A DNA stretch of 26,586 nt, from IMG/VR virus record IMGVR_UViG_3300017774_008677, positions 1 through 26,586 of that record; one strand, written 5' to 3'. Source of the DNA: a virus. Taxonomy: Duplodnaviria; Caudoviricetes. Within the stretch, counting starts at the first letter, position 1; each line of letters starts with the position of its first letter. The notes under the pieces were generated by a model. That model was not told where the DNA came from. It ran no database searches and saw only the letters and a list, made by a program, of their open reading frames with translations. The position numbers were made by a program, and so were the translations under genes. Positions 9,210-17,883 of the stretch are shown here, in pieces.

Positions 9210-9228
9210 GCTTATATTTATTGCAATT
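9051..9228. repeat. 178-bp direct repeat, copy 1 (promoter plus anchor codons)
   Basis: Matches 13554-13731 with 10 mismatches by manual comparison; includes AATAAATA-TAAGC-ATG on the minus strand. Confidence 0.95.
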
Positions 9229-9236
9229 ATTTATAT

Positions 9237-9270
9237 AAAAATCGGATATAACATAAAGCTATACCCGATT
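9237..9270 (-). terminator. Rho-independent terminator
   Basis: Minus strand AATCGGGTATAGC-TTTAT-GTTATATCCGATT-TTT; pairs fully, using two G:U pairs, only on the minus strand. Confidence 0.8.
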
Positions 9271-9298
9271 AATAATTTTTTTAAAATTACCTATAAAG

Positions 9299-9544
9299 TT
9301 AGACAATATTAAAGTGTGCTTTAACTGCACTAACTACATCTGCATTGGTCCACTCGTCTGGTGTATCATAGTTGTCGCCAGAAATTTGAGGTAATTCAAT
9401 TCTTTCTCCTCCAATAAATACAAAAACCTTACGCTCCCCTGGAACATCTACAATTCTATCAATTGTAATCTCGAAGATAGTTTCCGTAACTTCAGGTTGC
9501 TTTACTATAGTTTTTGGAACATCTAATATAATTTGTAAGCTCAT
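9299..9544 (-). CDS. Small hypothetical protein (possible fibre chaperone/accessory)
   Basis: 81-aa ORF preceded by AATAAATA-ACAAT-ATG; role inferred from position only. Confidence 0.6.
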   Translation of the reverse strand: MSLQIILDVPKTIVKQPEVTETIFEITIDRIVDVPGERKVFVFIGGERIELPQISGDNYDTPDEWTNADVVSAVKAHFNIV

Positions 9545-9564
9545 ATTGTTATTTATTCGCGGTA

Positions 9565-10383
9565 TTAATATTTAAAGAGATTTTTATACCAAGAATATTT
9601 ATTATCTAGCCAAGAGCATACATCTACCCCTAAGATTTTTTCAGGCGTATTATCAGCCTGTTCTAATTTAGTTCTAATTTTATGATCACCAAAAACACCA
9701 TATAAAGAATCATCTTCTACTGTTACTTGGGTAATATTGTTAAAGTTATGATATTCGTAGTTTGGTAAATTAAAATAGTTATATATTCCTTTTAATGTTT
9801 GGCTCGGAGACTTACACAGATCCTCATACCTAATAAACATTATTTTTTCGTTTAAACCTTGTCTAAAAATCTCCTCTAACCTTTCTAAAGCTAGTCCAAG
9901 CGGTTGAGTAGCGAGATAATGGTCCACTCGTTTGGGTGTTGAGGTATTCCTTAATTCACCATGGCTTACAATACCGCTATCATTTTCTGGCGCGGCTCTA
10001 AATTTCCTCTCCATGGATGCTACTATTTGCTTAAGATTTCTCACCATACAGATAACCTTAGGTTCCTCACCCATTACAAATTCTAATAAATCATAGTGTA
10101 TTCCCCACCCCCTTGACTTTTCCAAAACTATAGGCTTATCAGTTACAGCATTATAAAATCCATTTAGACCATTATAACAGAAGCTTTGAAAACCTTTTTT
10201 CATCAGTTCTGAATCTTGAGCTTTAAATGTTATATCATTACTAAAATTAGCACGAGCACCATAAATTAATTCTAGAGTACCTGATGTAGGTGTACAATGG
10301 AAGTCAGGATTCTGTGCAAAAATATTTTGTATTAGAGTAGAACCTGATCTAGGTAAAGATGAATTAAATAATAATTTCTTCAT
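9565..10383 (-). CDS. PAPS-dependent sulfotransferase
   Basis: 5'-PSB loop SLPRSGSTL, 3'-PB motif MVRNLKQIVAS, IRYEDL. Confidence 0.9.
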   Translation of the reverse strand: MKKLLFNSSLPRSGSTLIQNIFAQNPDFHCTPTSGTLELIYGARANFSNDITFKAQDSELMKKGFQSFCYNGLNGFYNAVTDKPIVLEKSRGWGIHYDLLEFVMGEEPKVICMVRNLKQIVASMERKFRAAPENDSGIVSHGELRNTSTPKRVDHYLATQPLGLALERLEEIFRQGLNEKIMFIRYEDLCKSPSQTLKGIYNYFNLPNYEYHNFNNITQVTVEDDSLYGVFGDHKIRTKLEQADNTPEKILGVDVCSWLDNKYSWYKNLFKY

Positions 10384-11270
10384 AGTGTATTAATAATAGC
10401 TTCAATATCAAAAATCTCACTAGGGTCCATATAGGGGCACTCGTGTATGGCTCCTGTAAAATTATAGTCATAGAGGTATGAATCTACTGTACCCTCCAGA
10501 AACTCTGTTTTAGGTTTGATATTATTATGCATCTCGTACCCAAAAACTTCTGGTTGTGTTGCTATCCACACTACGGTAGATTTTAAACCTAAAGCAGCAG
10601 ACGCATGCTGTAACGAGGAATCAATTAGCAGTCTAGCTTGAGAATTTTCTAGTAGTCCAAATAAAACTTTCTTTTGTAATACCTGATCAATTCGTATGCA
10701 ATTCTCAAGAACTGGGTGAAAGTCATAACATATGTGAACTACATTATATTTTTCTTTTAGTCTATTAACTAACTCTTGAGCTACGGTAGGGTGAATATCA
10801 CGCATCCAAGAGTATGGTAGCTCTTGATGCTCTTTACCGGGTCCTCCGAAGGGTTGAAATATAAGCACAGGCTTTTCATCAGGAGGAACTATTGTTTTGC
10901 TAGCGACCTCACGTTCTCTAAAATTAATAAAAATTCGCGGAAGTTCGCCGTTATATCTTACACCAATCATTTCACACCATGATTGTATTAGAGGTAGTTT
11001 CTTTGTAATATGAGTTGTAGTCTTATATGGTTCTTGAGCGTAAACCTCTACATCTTTATTGTAAATGTAATTAGTATAAAAGTGAGGTGTTAACCCCGTC
11101 TTATATACCTTTTTTACAAATTTATTATTAAGGAATACCTCAGGCCACGCACAAACTACTATAATATCTTTATTAGGATTGTGTTTTTTATAACACTCAA
11201 CAACTGCTGTAGCTGCAATATGCTTACCCAGCCCACCTTCAATATGAAAAACTACTACCTTAGACACCAA
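10380..11270 (-). CDS. GT-B glycosyltransferase, GT9 (heptosyltransferase)-like
   Basis: GGLGKHIAATA N-terminus and IDSSLQHASAALG..STVVW motif. Start is TTG 11270 or GTG 11267; ATGA overlap with the sulfotransferase. Confidence 0.8.
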   Translation of the reverse strand: MVSKVVVFHIEGGLGKHIAATAVVECYKKHNPNKDIIVVCAWPEVFLNNKFVKKVYKTGLTPHFYTNYIYNKDVEVYAQEPYKTTTHITKKLPLIQSWCEMIGVRYNGELPRIFINFREREVASKTIVPPDEKPVLIFQPFGGPGKEHQELPYSWMRDIHPTVAQELVNRLKEKYNVVHICYDFHPVLENCIRIDQVLQKKVLFGLLENSQARLLIDSSLQHASAALGLKSTVVWIATQPEVFGYEMHNNIKPKTEFLEGTVDSYLYDYNFTGAIHECPYMDPSEIFDIEAIINTL

Positions 11271-11303
11271 TATAATTTAGTCTGATGGTGAAATTAATCA
11301 ATA

Positions 11304-13712
11304 CTAAGGAATAATATAAAGTTGATTACTTGTAGTACATCTCCAAATTGAGCCTGGACCTAATCCTGCGGATACTGTAGGAATACTTGTAAGTACTAAG
11401 CACGGCGCATATGCTGTATTAGCTGATAGAGCTATAATATTTGCACCTGCTATAATAGAAGCGCATGTTGCTGTAGATATAATATCGTGACCAGCACCAC
11501 CTAGTATACTAGAGTTACTACCGCTAGCCCTGCTACTAAAACCACCAGCTATAGTAGAGCAAGCACCACTAGCTATATTACCTTCACCTAAAGCAACTGA
11601 AGATCTACCAGAAGCTACCGAAGAAAGACCTGTAGCAAATGAAGCTACCCCGCTAGCCCTGCTACTAAAACCACCAGCTATAGTAGAGTGACAACCACTA
11701 GCTGTGTTACAACAACCACCAGCTATAGTAGAGTTACTACCACTAGCTGTGTTACAACAACCACCAGCTATAGTAGAGCCACCACTACTAGCTGTGTTAT
11801 TACTACCACCGGATACAGTGGAAGTGCTATAACCACTAGCTGTGTTACAAGCGCCACCACCTACAAAGCCGTTAACACCACTAGCTGTGTTACAACAACC
11901 ACCAGCTACAGTAGTATAGTTGGTACCACTAGCTGTGTTACAAAGCCCACCACCTACAGTAGCACCAACGGTACTACAAGCTTTGTTAAGCAGGCCCCCG
12001 GCTATAGTAGAGCAGTTACCACTAGCAGTGTTACAACTACCACCACCTATAGTAGAGCAGTTACCACTAGCTGTGTTACAAATACCACCAGCTATAGTAG
12101 AGCAATCACCACTAGCCCTACTACTAAAACCACCAGCTATAGTAGAGCAAGCACCACTAGCTGAGTTGCGCAGACCACCAGCTATAGTAGAGCCACTACC
12201 ACAAGCTGTGTTATTACTACCACCACCTACAGTGACATCGCTAAAACCACTAGCAGAGTTAAAAATACCACCACCTACAGTGGAATTGCTAAAACTACTA
12301 GCTGTGTTACAGTAACCACCACCTACAGTGTTATTACAACAACCACTAGCTGTGTTATTAGCACCACCAGCTACAATAGAGTTACAACCACTAGCTGTGT
12401 TACAAATACCACCAGCTATAGTAGAGTAGCAACTACTAGCTATATTACCTTCACCTAAAGCAACTGAAGATCTACCAGAAGCTACAGAAGAAAGACCTGT
12501 AGCGAATGAAGCTACCCCGCTAGCTCTGCTACTAAAACCACCAGCTATAGTAGAGTAAGCACCACTAGCGGTGTTGCACAGCCCGCCAGCTATAGTAGAG
12601 CATTGGTTACTAGCTGTGTTACGCCGTCCGCCACCTACCGTAGAGTAAAAATTACTAGCTGTGTTACAACTACCACCACCTACAGTAGAGTTACCACCAC
12701 TAGCTATATTACAACAACCACCAGCTACAGTGGAAGTGCCATAGCCACTAGCTGTGTTATTAAAACCACCACCTATAGTAGAGCAGTTACCACTAGCTGT
12801 GTTACAAATACCACCAGCTACAGTAGAGTAAGAATTACTAGCTATATTGCCTTCTCCTAAAGCAACTGAAGATCTACCAGAAGCTACCGAAGAAAGACCT
12901 GTAGCAAAAGAAGCTACCCCGCTAGCCCTACTACTAAAACCACCAGCTATAGTAGAGTTGGTACCACTAGCGGTGTTACCACAACCACCAGCTATAGTAG
13001 AGTTGGTACCACTAGCTGTGTTACCACAACCACCAGCTATAGTAGAGTTGGTATCACTAGCTGTGTTACCACGACCACCACCTATAGTAGACTGACAACC
13101 GCAAGCTGTGTTATCACCACCACCACCTATAGTAGAGTTACTACCACTAGCTGTGTTAACACAACCACCACCTACAATAGAGTTACCACCACTAGCCCTA
13201 CTACTAAAACCACCAGCTACAGTAGAGCAGCTACCACTAGCTGTATTTTGACTACCACCAGCTATAGTAGAGCAGTTACCACTAGCTGTGTTACAAATAC
13301 CACCAGCTATAGTAGAGCCACCACTACTAGCTCTATTTTTAAACCCACCACCTACAATAGAGTAGTTACTACTAGCTGTGCTACTAAAACCACCAGCTAT
13401 AGTAGAGTAGTTACCACTAGCTATATTACCTTCTCCTAAAGCAACAGAAGATCTGCCAGAAGCAACCGATGTAAGGCCTTGTATGTTACTAGTAATGGTA
13501 GCACTACTTAATAGTACATTATTTGATGAAAGATAATTAGTGACTGTGGGTAAGATTTCTATATCAGCTGCTAAAGCCCCTGATAAAAAATTAACTAAGG
13601 AACTAAGAGAGCTAGCTCTTGTTTCAGTTGACTGAACCATTGGGATGAGCTCATTGCCTCCATACGGTAGAGTTATATTAGGAAGTTCAGAAATTTTAAT
13701 ACCATCGGCCAT
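11304..13712 (-). CDS. Repetitive beta-roll fibre/adhesin (YadA-head-like), Ser/Gly/Thr/Cys-rich
   Basis: About 40 tandem 14-16 aa units ASGxxSTIAGGxxNT; KISELP-type N-terminus; C-terminal GSIWRC...LYIIP; late-type promoter. Confidence 0.8.
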   Translation of the reverse strand: MADGIKISELPNITLPYGGNELIPMVQSTETRASSLSSLVNFLSGALAADIEILPTVTNYLSSNNVLLSSATITSNIQGLTSVASGRSSVALGEGNIASGNYSTIAGGFSSTASSNYSIVGGGFKNRASSGGSTIAGGICNTASGNCSTIAGGSQNTASGSCSTVAGGFSSRASGGNSIVGGGCVNTASGSNSTIGGGGDNTACGCQSTIGGGRGNTASDTNSTIAGGCGNTASGTNSTIAGGCGNTASGTNSTIAGGFSSRASGVASFATGLSSVASGRSSVALGEGNIASNSYSTVAGGICNTASGNCSTIGGGFNNTASGYGTSTVAGGCCNIASGGNSTVGGGSCNTASNFYSTVGGGRRNTASNQCSTIAGGLCNTASGAYSTIAGGFSSRASGVASFATGLSSVASGRSSVALGEGNIASSCYSTIAGGICNTASGCNSIVAGGANNTASGCCNNTVGGGYCNTASSFSNSTVGGGIFNSASGFSDVTVGGGSNNTACGSGSTIAGGLRNSASGACSTIAGGFSSRASGDCSTIAGGICNTASGNCSTIGGGSCNTASGNCSTIAGGLLNKACSTVGATVGGGLCNTASGTNYTTVAGGCCNTASGVNGFVGGGACNTASGYSTSTVSGGSNNTASSGGSTIAGGCCNTASGSNSTIAGGCCNTASGCHSTIAGGFSSRASGVASFATGLSSVASGRSSVALGEGNIASGACSTIAGGFSSRASGSNSSILGGAGHDIISTATCASIIAGANIIALSANTAYAPCLVLTSIPTVSAGLGPGSIWRCTTSNQLYIIP
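11510..13470. repeat. Coding tandem repeat array, mostly 45-bp units, with a higher-order block of about 120 bp
   Basis: Recurrent CCACCAGCTATAGTAGAG...CCACTAGCTGTGTT. The block encoding SSRASGVASFATGLSSVASGRSSVALGEGNIAS starts at about 11568, 12435 and 12837, with a partial copy at 13416. Confidence 0.95.
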
Positions 13713-13731
13713 GCTTATATTTATTGCAATT
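13554..13731. repeat. 178-bp direct repeat, copy 2
   Basis: Matches 9051-9228 at an offset of 4503 bp. Confidence 0.95.
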
Positions 13732-13757
13732 TATTTTTTTTAATATACATTAAAGAT

Positions 13758-14471
13758 ATGATTATATTTAATGAAGAGAAGCATTCATATACAAACTCTG
13801 AAACTAAGGAGAAGTATATATCAGTAACTACTCTCCTAGGAAAATATAAGACTGCTTTCGATAAGGATAAGCACTCACGACGCGTAGCAGAACGAGAAGG
13901 GGTATCTCAAGAGATGATTCTAGAGATGTGGCGTGTAGATAATAAAAAAGCTACTGATAGAGGTACAAAAATCCATAAAATAATGGAGAAGTATATTGAG
14001 CAGGGAGAAAAAAACGAAGATACATCTGAGCTACTATATAGTTCATACGATGATACAATTTCTAATTCTATTGATAGGTTTAATAAGGTTTATAGTGAAA
14101 TTTTGTTACACAATAATAGTTTTAAGATAGCAGGTACAGCTGATCTTATCTATGATCACGGTGAGTACTTTACGATAGGAGATTTTAAAACTAATAAAAG
14201 GTTTAATTATAGTAGTAATTATAATGAACACTTTAAAGATCCTATAAGTCACTTACAATACTGTGAGCATAACAATTATGCCTTACAAATGTCGATGTAT
14301 GCCTATATGTATGAGCAGATGTCAAATAAAAAATGCAAAAAGATTTTTGTATTATACTTAGAGAACGATAAGTGGGTCCCTATTTATTGCAATTATCTTA
14401 AGAGCGATATAAAAAATATACTGTCTAACTATAAGCAAAATAATTTACAAATTTCAGATTTAAAAGCCTAA
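13758..14471 (+). CDS. PD-(D/E)XK exonuclease (RecB/Cas4-like phage exonuclease)
   Basis: SVTTLL, RGTKIH, E...IAGTADLI, IGDFKT, LQMSMYA. Confidence 0.88.
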   Translation: MIIFNEEKHSYTNSETKEKYISVTTLLGKYKTAFDKDKHSRRVAEREGVSQEMILEMWRVDNKKATDRGTKIHKIMEKYIEQGEKNEDTSELLYSSYDDTISNSIDRFNKVYSEILLHNNSFKIAGTADLIYDHGEYFTIGDFKTNKRFNYSSNYNEHFKDPISHLQYCEHNNYALQMSMYAYMYEQMSNKKCKKIFVLYLENDKWVPIYCNYLKSDIKNILSNYKQNNLQISDLKA

Positions 14472-14480
14472 ATACCAATA

Positions 14481-14696
14481 ATGAAAAAAGAAACAGTTTT
14501 AAAAAAGCTTGAAAATCATTTTGATAAGATACAAGAACAACTTGATGAGATTTCTACTCTACTAGAGATTGATACAGATGATGACGATCTTGCTGAGATG
14601 TCTATATGTTTTAGAGAGCAAATAGAAGAGTGTATAGCAGAAAATGAAGAATGCAGCTATAATGATATTATAGAATATATTAAAGATAATCTATAA
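14481..14696 (+). CDS. Small acidic hypothetical protein
   Basis: 71 aa, 22 D/E; preceded by CCTAAATA-N6-ATG. Confidence 0.7.
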   Translation: MKKETVLKKLENHFDKIQEQLDEISTLLEIDTDDDDLAEMSICFREQIEECIAENEECSYNDIIEYIKDNL

Positions 14697-14752
14697 ATGA
14701 ACTTATAGATAATATATTAAAAGCTACACTATAAGACGACTAAATATATTCA

Positions 14753-15694
14753 ATGCATTGCTGGAATATCGAAAAGCTTTATGAAACAATGGTTCAGGGC
14801 CATAAAGTACCTTTACCAACCAGGTTAAGAGTAATTAATGAGCAGAGTGACTCGCTCACGGAAGGATTAATTGAAGATAGGATTCGTAAAGCTTTAGATT
14901 TAGAAAAAGACGAAAAAATTCCAACTTGTAATACTACCTTAAGTTTAGGTGATGATTTTAACTTAGTAGGAGAAGACGAAAAAATTTGGGTACAATTATA
15001 CTCAACGCTCCCATTAAAAAAAGACAGTGAGATCCCAACAGCAGGAGCTGGTAAAGGGGAGGTCGCTACTTACTGGGCCTTTAAATATAATGTCAATAAG
15101 CACAACGTTATAGCCTCTGGAAAAGGAGAAGATCCGGATTTAACCATTAATGGTATTGGATGCGAAATCAAATCATACACTACAGCTGATATTACATTAG
15201 GTAAATGGCGTAGCGATTATGAAAACGTTAATTTGTTGAACAAATTATTTGGCCTCCTAGCTCTATTTAGTGAATTTGACGATAAATACCTAAGTACAAA
15301 AAATACAGGTGACTTTAAAGCGCAAGATATAGTCTCAGCTTTTCATATTATGGCTACTTTTGAAGAAAACGAGGCACTAAGAGATATGGATATGTTTAAG
15401 CCATTATACGCTCGTATTGATTCTGTATACTCTAAACTAGACTTACCCAAAAATACTAGTGCTAAGGCAGGTGCTACTAAACTTATAAGAAGAGTACTAT
15501 CTAACAAACTCTACAAAAAACCTAGAATGAGTAAAGAAAAAGGATATGTTTTAAACGTAAGTGAAAAAGGAGTAGGTAAATTTTATCTTATAAACAATGA
15601 TACAGTAAATAATATAGATGACGAAAGAATCTTGAACGGTGTTAAAGTTAAGTCATCAGAATTAGTTATAAACTTTCAGGAATTGTTTGGGTAG
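14753..15694 (+). CDS. Restriction-endonuclease-fold (PD-(D/E)XK) protein
   Basis: GKGE...DPDLTINGIGCEIKS gives E...PD-x8-EIK; preceded by ACTAAATA-N6-ATG. Confidence 0.6.
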   Translation: MHCWNIEKLYETMVQGHKVPLPTRLRVINEQSDSLTEGLIEDRIRKALDLEKDEKIPTCNTTLSLGDDFNLVGEDEKIWVQLYSTLPLKKDSEIPTAGAGKGEVATYWAFKYNVNKHNVIASGKGEDPDLTINGIGCEIKSYTTADITLGKWRSDYENVNLLNKLFGLLALFSEFDDKYLSTKNTGDFKAQDIVSAFHIMATFEENEALRDMDMFKPLYARIDSVYSKLDLPKNTSAKAGATKLIRRVLSNKLYKKPRMSKEKGYVLNVSEKGVGKFYLINNDTVNNIDDERILNGVKVKSSELVINFQELFG

Positions 15695-15737
15695 TGTGTG
15701 ATTGCGGCTGCAATATTAAAATTTTTAGTAAGAACGT

Positions 15738-15926
15738 ATGATTACTTTTAAAGAATATATAACCGAAAAAAAGTCTATCCACGAACCAGTGCGGCCTGGT
15801 ATCTTAAAAAGACAGATTAAAGGGAAGATTACATGTAGTAAAGCTAGATCTCTTAAATCTAAACAAAAAAATAAAGGTAATAATACTGCTAAAGCAGCAC
15901 AACGTTATCTTAATTATCACTGTTGA
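15738..15926 (+). CDS. Small basic protein with CTS-like N-terminus
   Basis: MITFKEYITE followed by a K/R-rich 52-aa region. Confidence 0.7.
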   Translation: MITFKEYITEKKSIHEPVRPGILKRQIKGKITCSKARSLKSKQKNKGNNTAKAAQRYLNYHC

Positions 15927-15951
15927 TTTTTAAATAATTGTACTTTATACT
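15923..15951 (+). promoter_or_regulatory. Sigma70-type promoter
   Basis: TTGATT-N17-TATACT, 9 nt before ATG 15961; heads the nucleotide-sugar operon. Confidence 0.65.
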
Positions 15952-15960
15952 AACTGCCTT

Positions 15961-16269
15961 ATGAGTATAGAATTTATTTCTTTTAATGAATTACACCCTA
16001 TGGATGTTTTCTCTATCGGTGATGAAAAGTTTTTAGTTGTTAAAAACACCAGCACGTCTGCTGTTAAGTATAAAGATGAATACTTTGAAGTAGCAGGTTC
16101 TAGTATCTTATCTTATTATAATAATGATGGTCAGCAATGCTCAATATTATGCTTGGCTGACTTAACTATGGTTCCACCAGCTTCACTTAAAAAATATAAA
16201 GTAGTTTTATCTGGAAAATTTACAGGTTTCAATTATAATAAGATCGAAACCGAACAAGTATATGAATAA
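15961..16269 (+). CDS. Hypothetical protein
   Basis: 102-aa ORF with an 8-nt overlap to the next gene. Confidence 0.65.
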   Translation: MSIEFISFNELHPMDVFSIGDEKFLVVKNTSTSAVKYKDEYFEVAGSSILSYYNNDGQQCSILCLADLTMVPPASLKKYKVVLSGKFTGFNYNKIETEQVYE

Positions 16270-17116
16270 TGTTTTAATAGTAGGGGCAGGATATGTAGGT
16301 AATGAGCTATTTAATTTTGCTGATAAAACTAAGGCAAATTATTTTTTATGTTCTAGAAAGGATCTAGATTATTCTAATGAATCGGTATTACGTAAATTTT
16401 TATTTAATAATAATATTTCTCATGTTATTAATTGTTCAGGGTTTACCGGCAGACCCAATGTTGATGAAGCAGAACTAAAGAAGAAAGAGTGTTGTAGTTT
16501 AAATGTTGTAATACCGCTTCGTATTAGTAAAACTTGTAAGGCTCTAGATATTAATTTTATTCATATATCGTCCGGCTGCATTTACTCTGGATACGAAAAA
16601 GAATTTACCGAAGAGGATGAGCCTAACTTTGGTGTATATGATAATTCCTCTTTCTATAGTAAAACAAAGCATTCTTTTGAGATGCTAAATGATTATGGGT
16701 GTACTATTAGAGTAAGGATGCCGTTTTCAAATGATTTAAACGAAAGAAGCTACATAACTAAGATTTTAAAATATGATAATCTAGTAAATTATAAAAATTC
16801 TAAAACATATATAAGTGATTTATGCTCTTTTATTGAGCATGTAATAACTAGCAATATACTCGTAAATAAAATAGGGTTGATAAATTTTGTAAATCCTGAA
16901 GCAAAAGATACTGAATATATAGTAAGTAGAATGAAGATGTATGGGCTGGAAAATAAAAATTGGAAGTTTGTAGATATAACAGACATAGATATTAAAGCAC
17001 CTAGATCAAATTGTGTTCTTTCTATAGAAAAGCTTAAAAATATGTTTCCTGACTTTTATATTGAAACAGAGGAATCTGCTATTGATAAGATGCTTAGCAA
17101 AATACAAGCCTCTTGA
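16262..17116 (+). CDS. NDP-4-keto-6-deoxyglucose reductase, RmlD family, UER1/NRS-ER-like (probable 3,5-epimerase/4-reductase)
   Basis: Rossmann GAGYVG, GFTGRPNVD, SSGCIY, EEDEPNF, FYSKTK (YxxxK), RVRMP. Confidence 0.85.
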   Translation: MNNVLIVGAGYVGNELFNFADKTKANYFLCSRKDLDYSNESVLRKFLFNNNISHVINCSGFTGRPNVDEAELKKKECCSLNVVIPLRISKTCKALDINFIHISSGCIYSGYEKEFTEEDEPNFGVYDNSSFYSKTKHSFEMLNDYGCTIRVRMPFSNDLNERSYITKILKYDNLVNYKNSKTYISDLCSFIEHVITSNILVNKIGLINFVNPEAKDTEYIVSRMKMYGLENKNWKFVDITDIDIKAPRSNCVLSIEKLKNMFPDFYIETEESAIDKMLSKIQAS

Positions 17117-17145
17117 TTCTTTCCACTAATAAGATACATATACAT

Positions 17146-17883
17146 ATGCTTAAAGGAATCGTACTTGCAGGAGGTAAGGGCACTAGATTATTGCCTACCA
17201 CAAGAGCTGTATCAAAACAGCTCCACTGCGTTTATAATAAGCCGATGATATACTACCCTCTCCAAACACTTAAGGAGTTAGGTATAGTGGATATTTTAAT
17301 TATTACAGCAGACTTTATGCAGTATAGATTATTCCAGGAACAGTTAAAGGATGGCAGAGACTATGGATTGAATCTAGAATACCTTATTCAAGAGAGTCCA
17401 GGAGGCTTACCAGAAGCTTTTATCATAGGTGAAAAGTTTATAGGTGATAATAATGTAGCTCTTATTTTAGGAGATAATGTTTTAATTACAAATAAAAAGT
17501 TAGAAGCTGTCCCTAATACTATTTTTACTTATAAAGTTAAAAATCCTGAAGCATATGGAGTAGCAAAATTAGATGAAAACGGTAATCTAATAGAGCTTAT
17601 TGAGAAGCCAACAGAGTTCGTAAGTGATAACGCTGTTGTAGGGCTGTATGTTTTTACTAATACTTCTATAAGTCTTGCTAAAACTCTTGTACCATCTAAG
17701 AGAGGTGAATTAGAAATAGTTGATCTTATTACTAAACTAAATGAAGTAGAAAGAGTATCTATAGAAGAGCTTGATGGTTTTTGGTTTGATTGTGGAAACC
17801 ACGATGATCTTTTAGAGTGTGCAAATTTAGTAAAAGCTATTGAACATAGAACTAACAAGAAAGTAGGACTGCATGAAAAATAA
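17146..17883 (+). CDS. rmlA: Glucose-1-phosphate thymidylyltransferase (short form)
   Basis: GIVLAGGKGTRL, SKQL, KPMIYYP, LILGDN, EKP, SKRGELEI, WFDCG. ATG 17146 preferred over TTG 17113. Confidence 0.93.
   Translation: MLKGIVLAGGKGTRLLPTTRAVSKQLHCVYNKPMIYYPLQTLKELGIVDILIITADFMQYRLFQEQLKDGRDYGLNLEYLIQESPGGLPEAFIIGEKFIGDNNVALILGDNVLITNKKLEAVPNTIFTYKVKNPEAYGVAKLDENGNLIELIEKPTEFVSDNAVVGLYVFTNTSISLAKTLVPSKRGELEIVDLITKLNEVERVSIEELDGFWFDCGNHDDLLECANLVKAIEHRTNKKVGLHEK

Noticed and set aside
11688-13439. Plus-strand ORFs rich in T/S or P/A/V
   Set aside because: Antisense shadows of the repetitive fibre gene.
11510-13470. Repeat array as a CRISPR array or DGR template/variable repeats
   Set aside because: Units are multiples of 3 inside one open frame with no unique spacers, and there is no cas operon or reverse transcriptase in the window.
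13758-14471. Cas4 of a CRISPR system
   Set aside because: No clear four-Cys Fe-S pattern and no array; a common standalone phage exonuclease.
14689-14710. ATCTATAA/TTATAGAT inverted repeat as a terminator
   Set aside because: Almost all A/T with no U tract.
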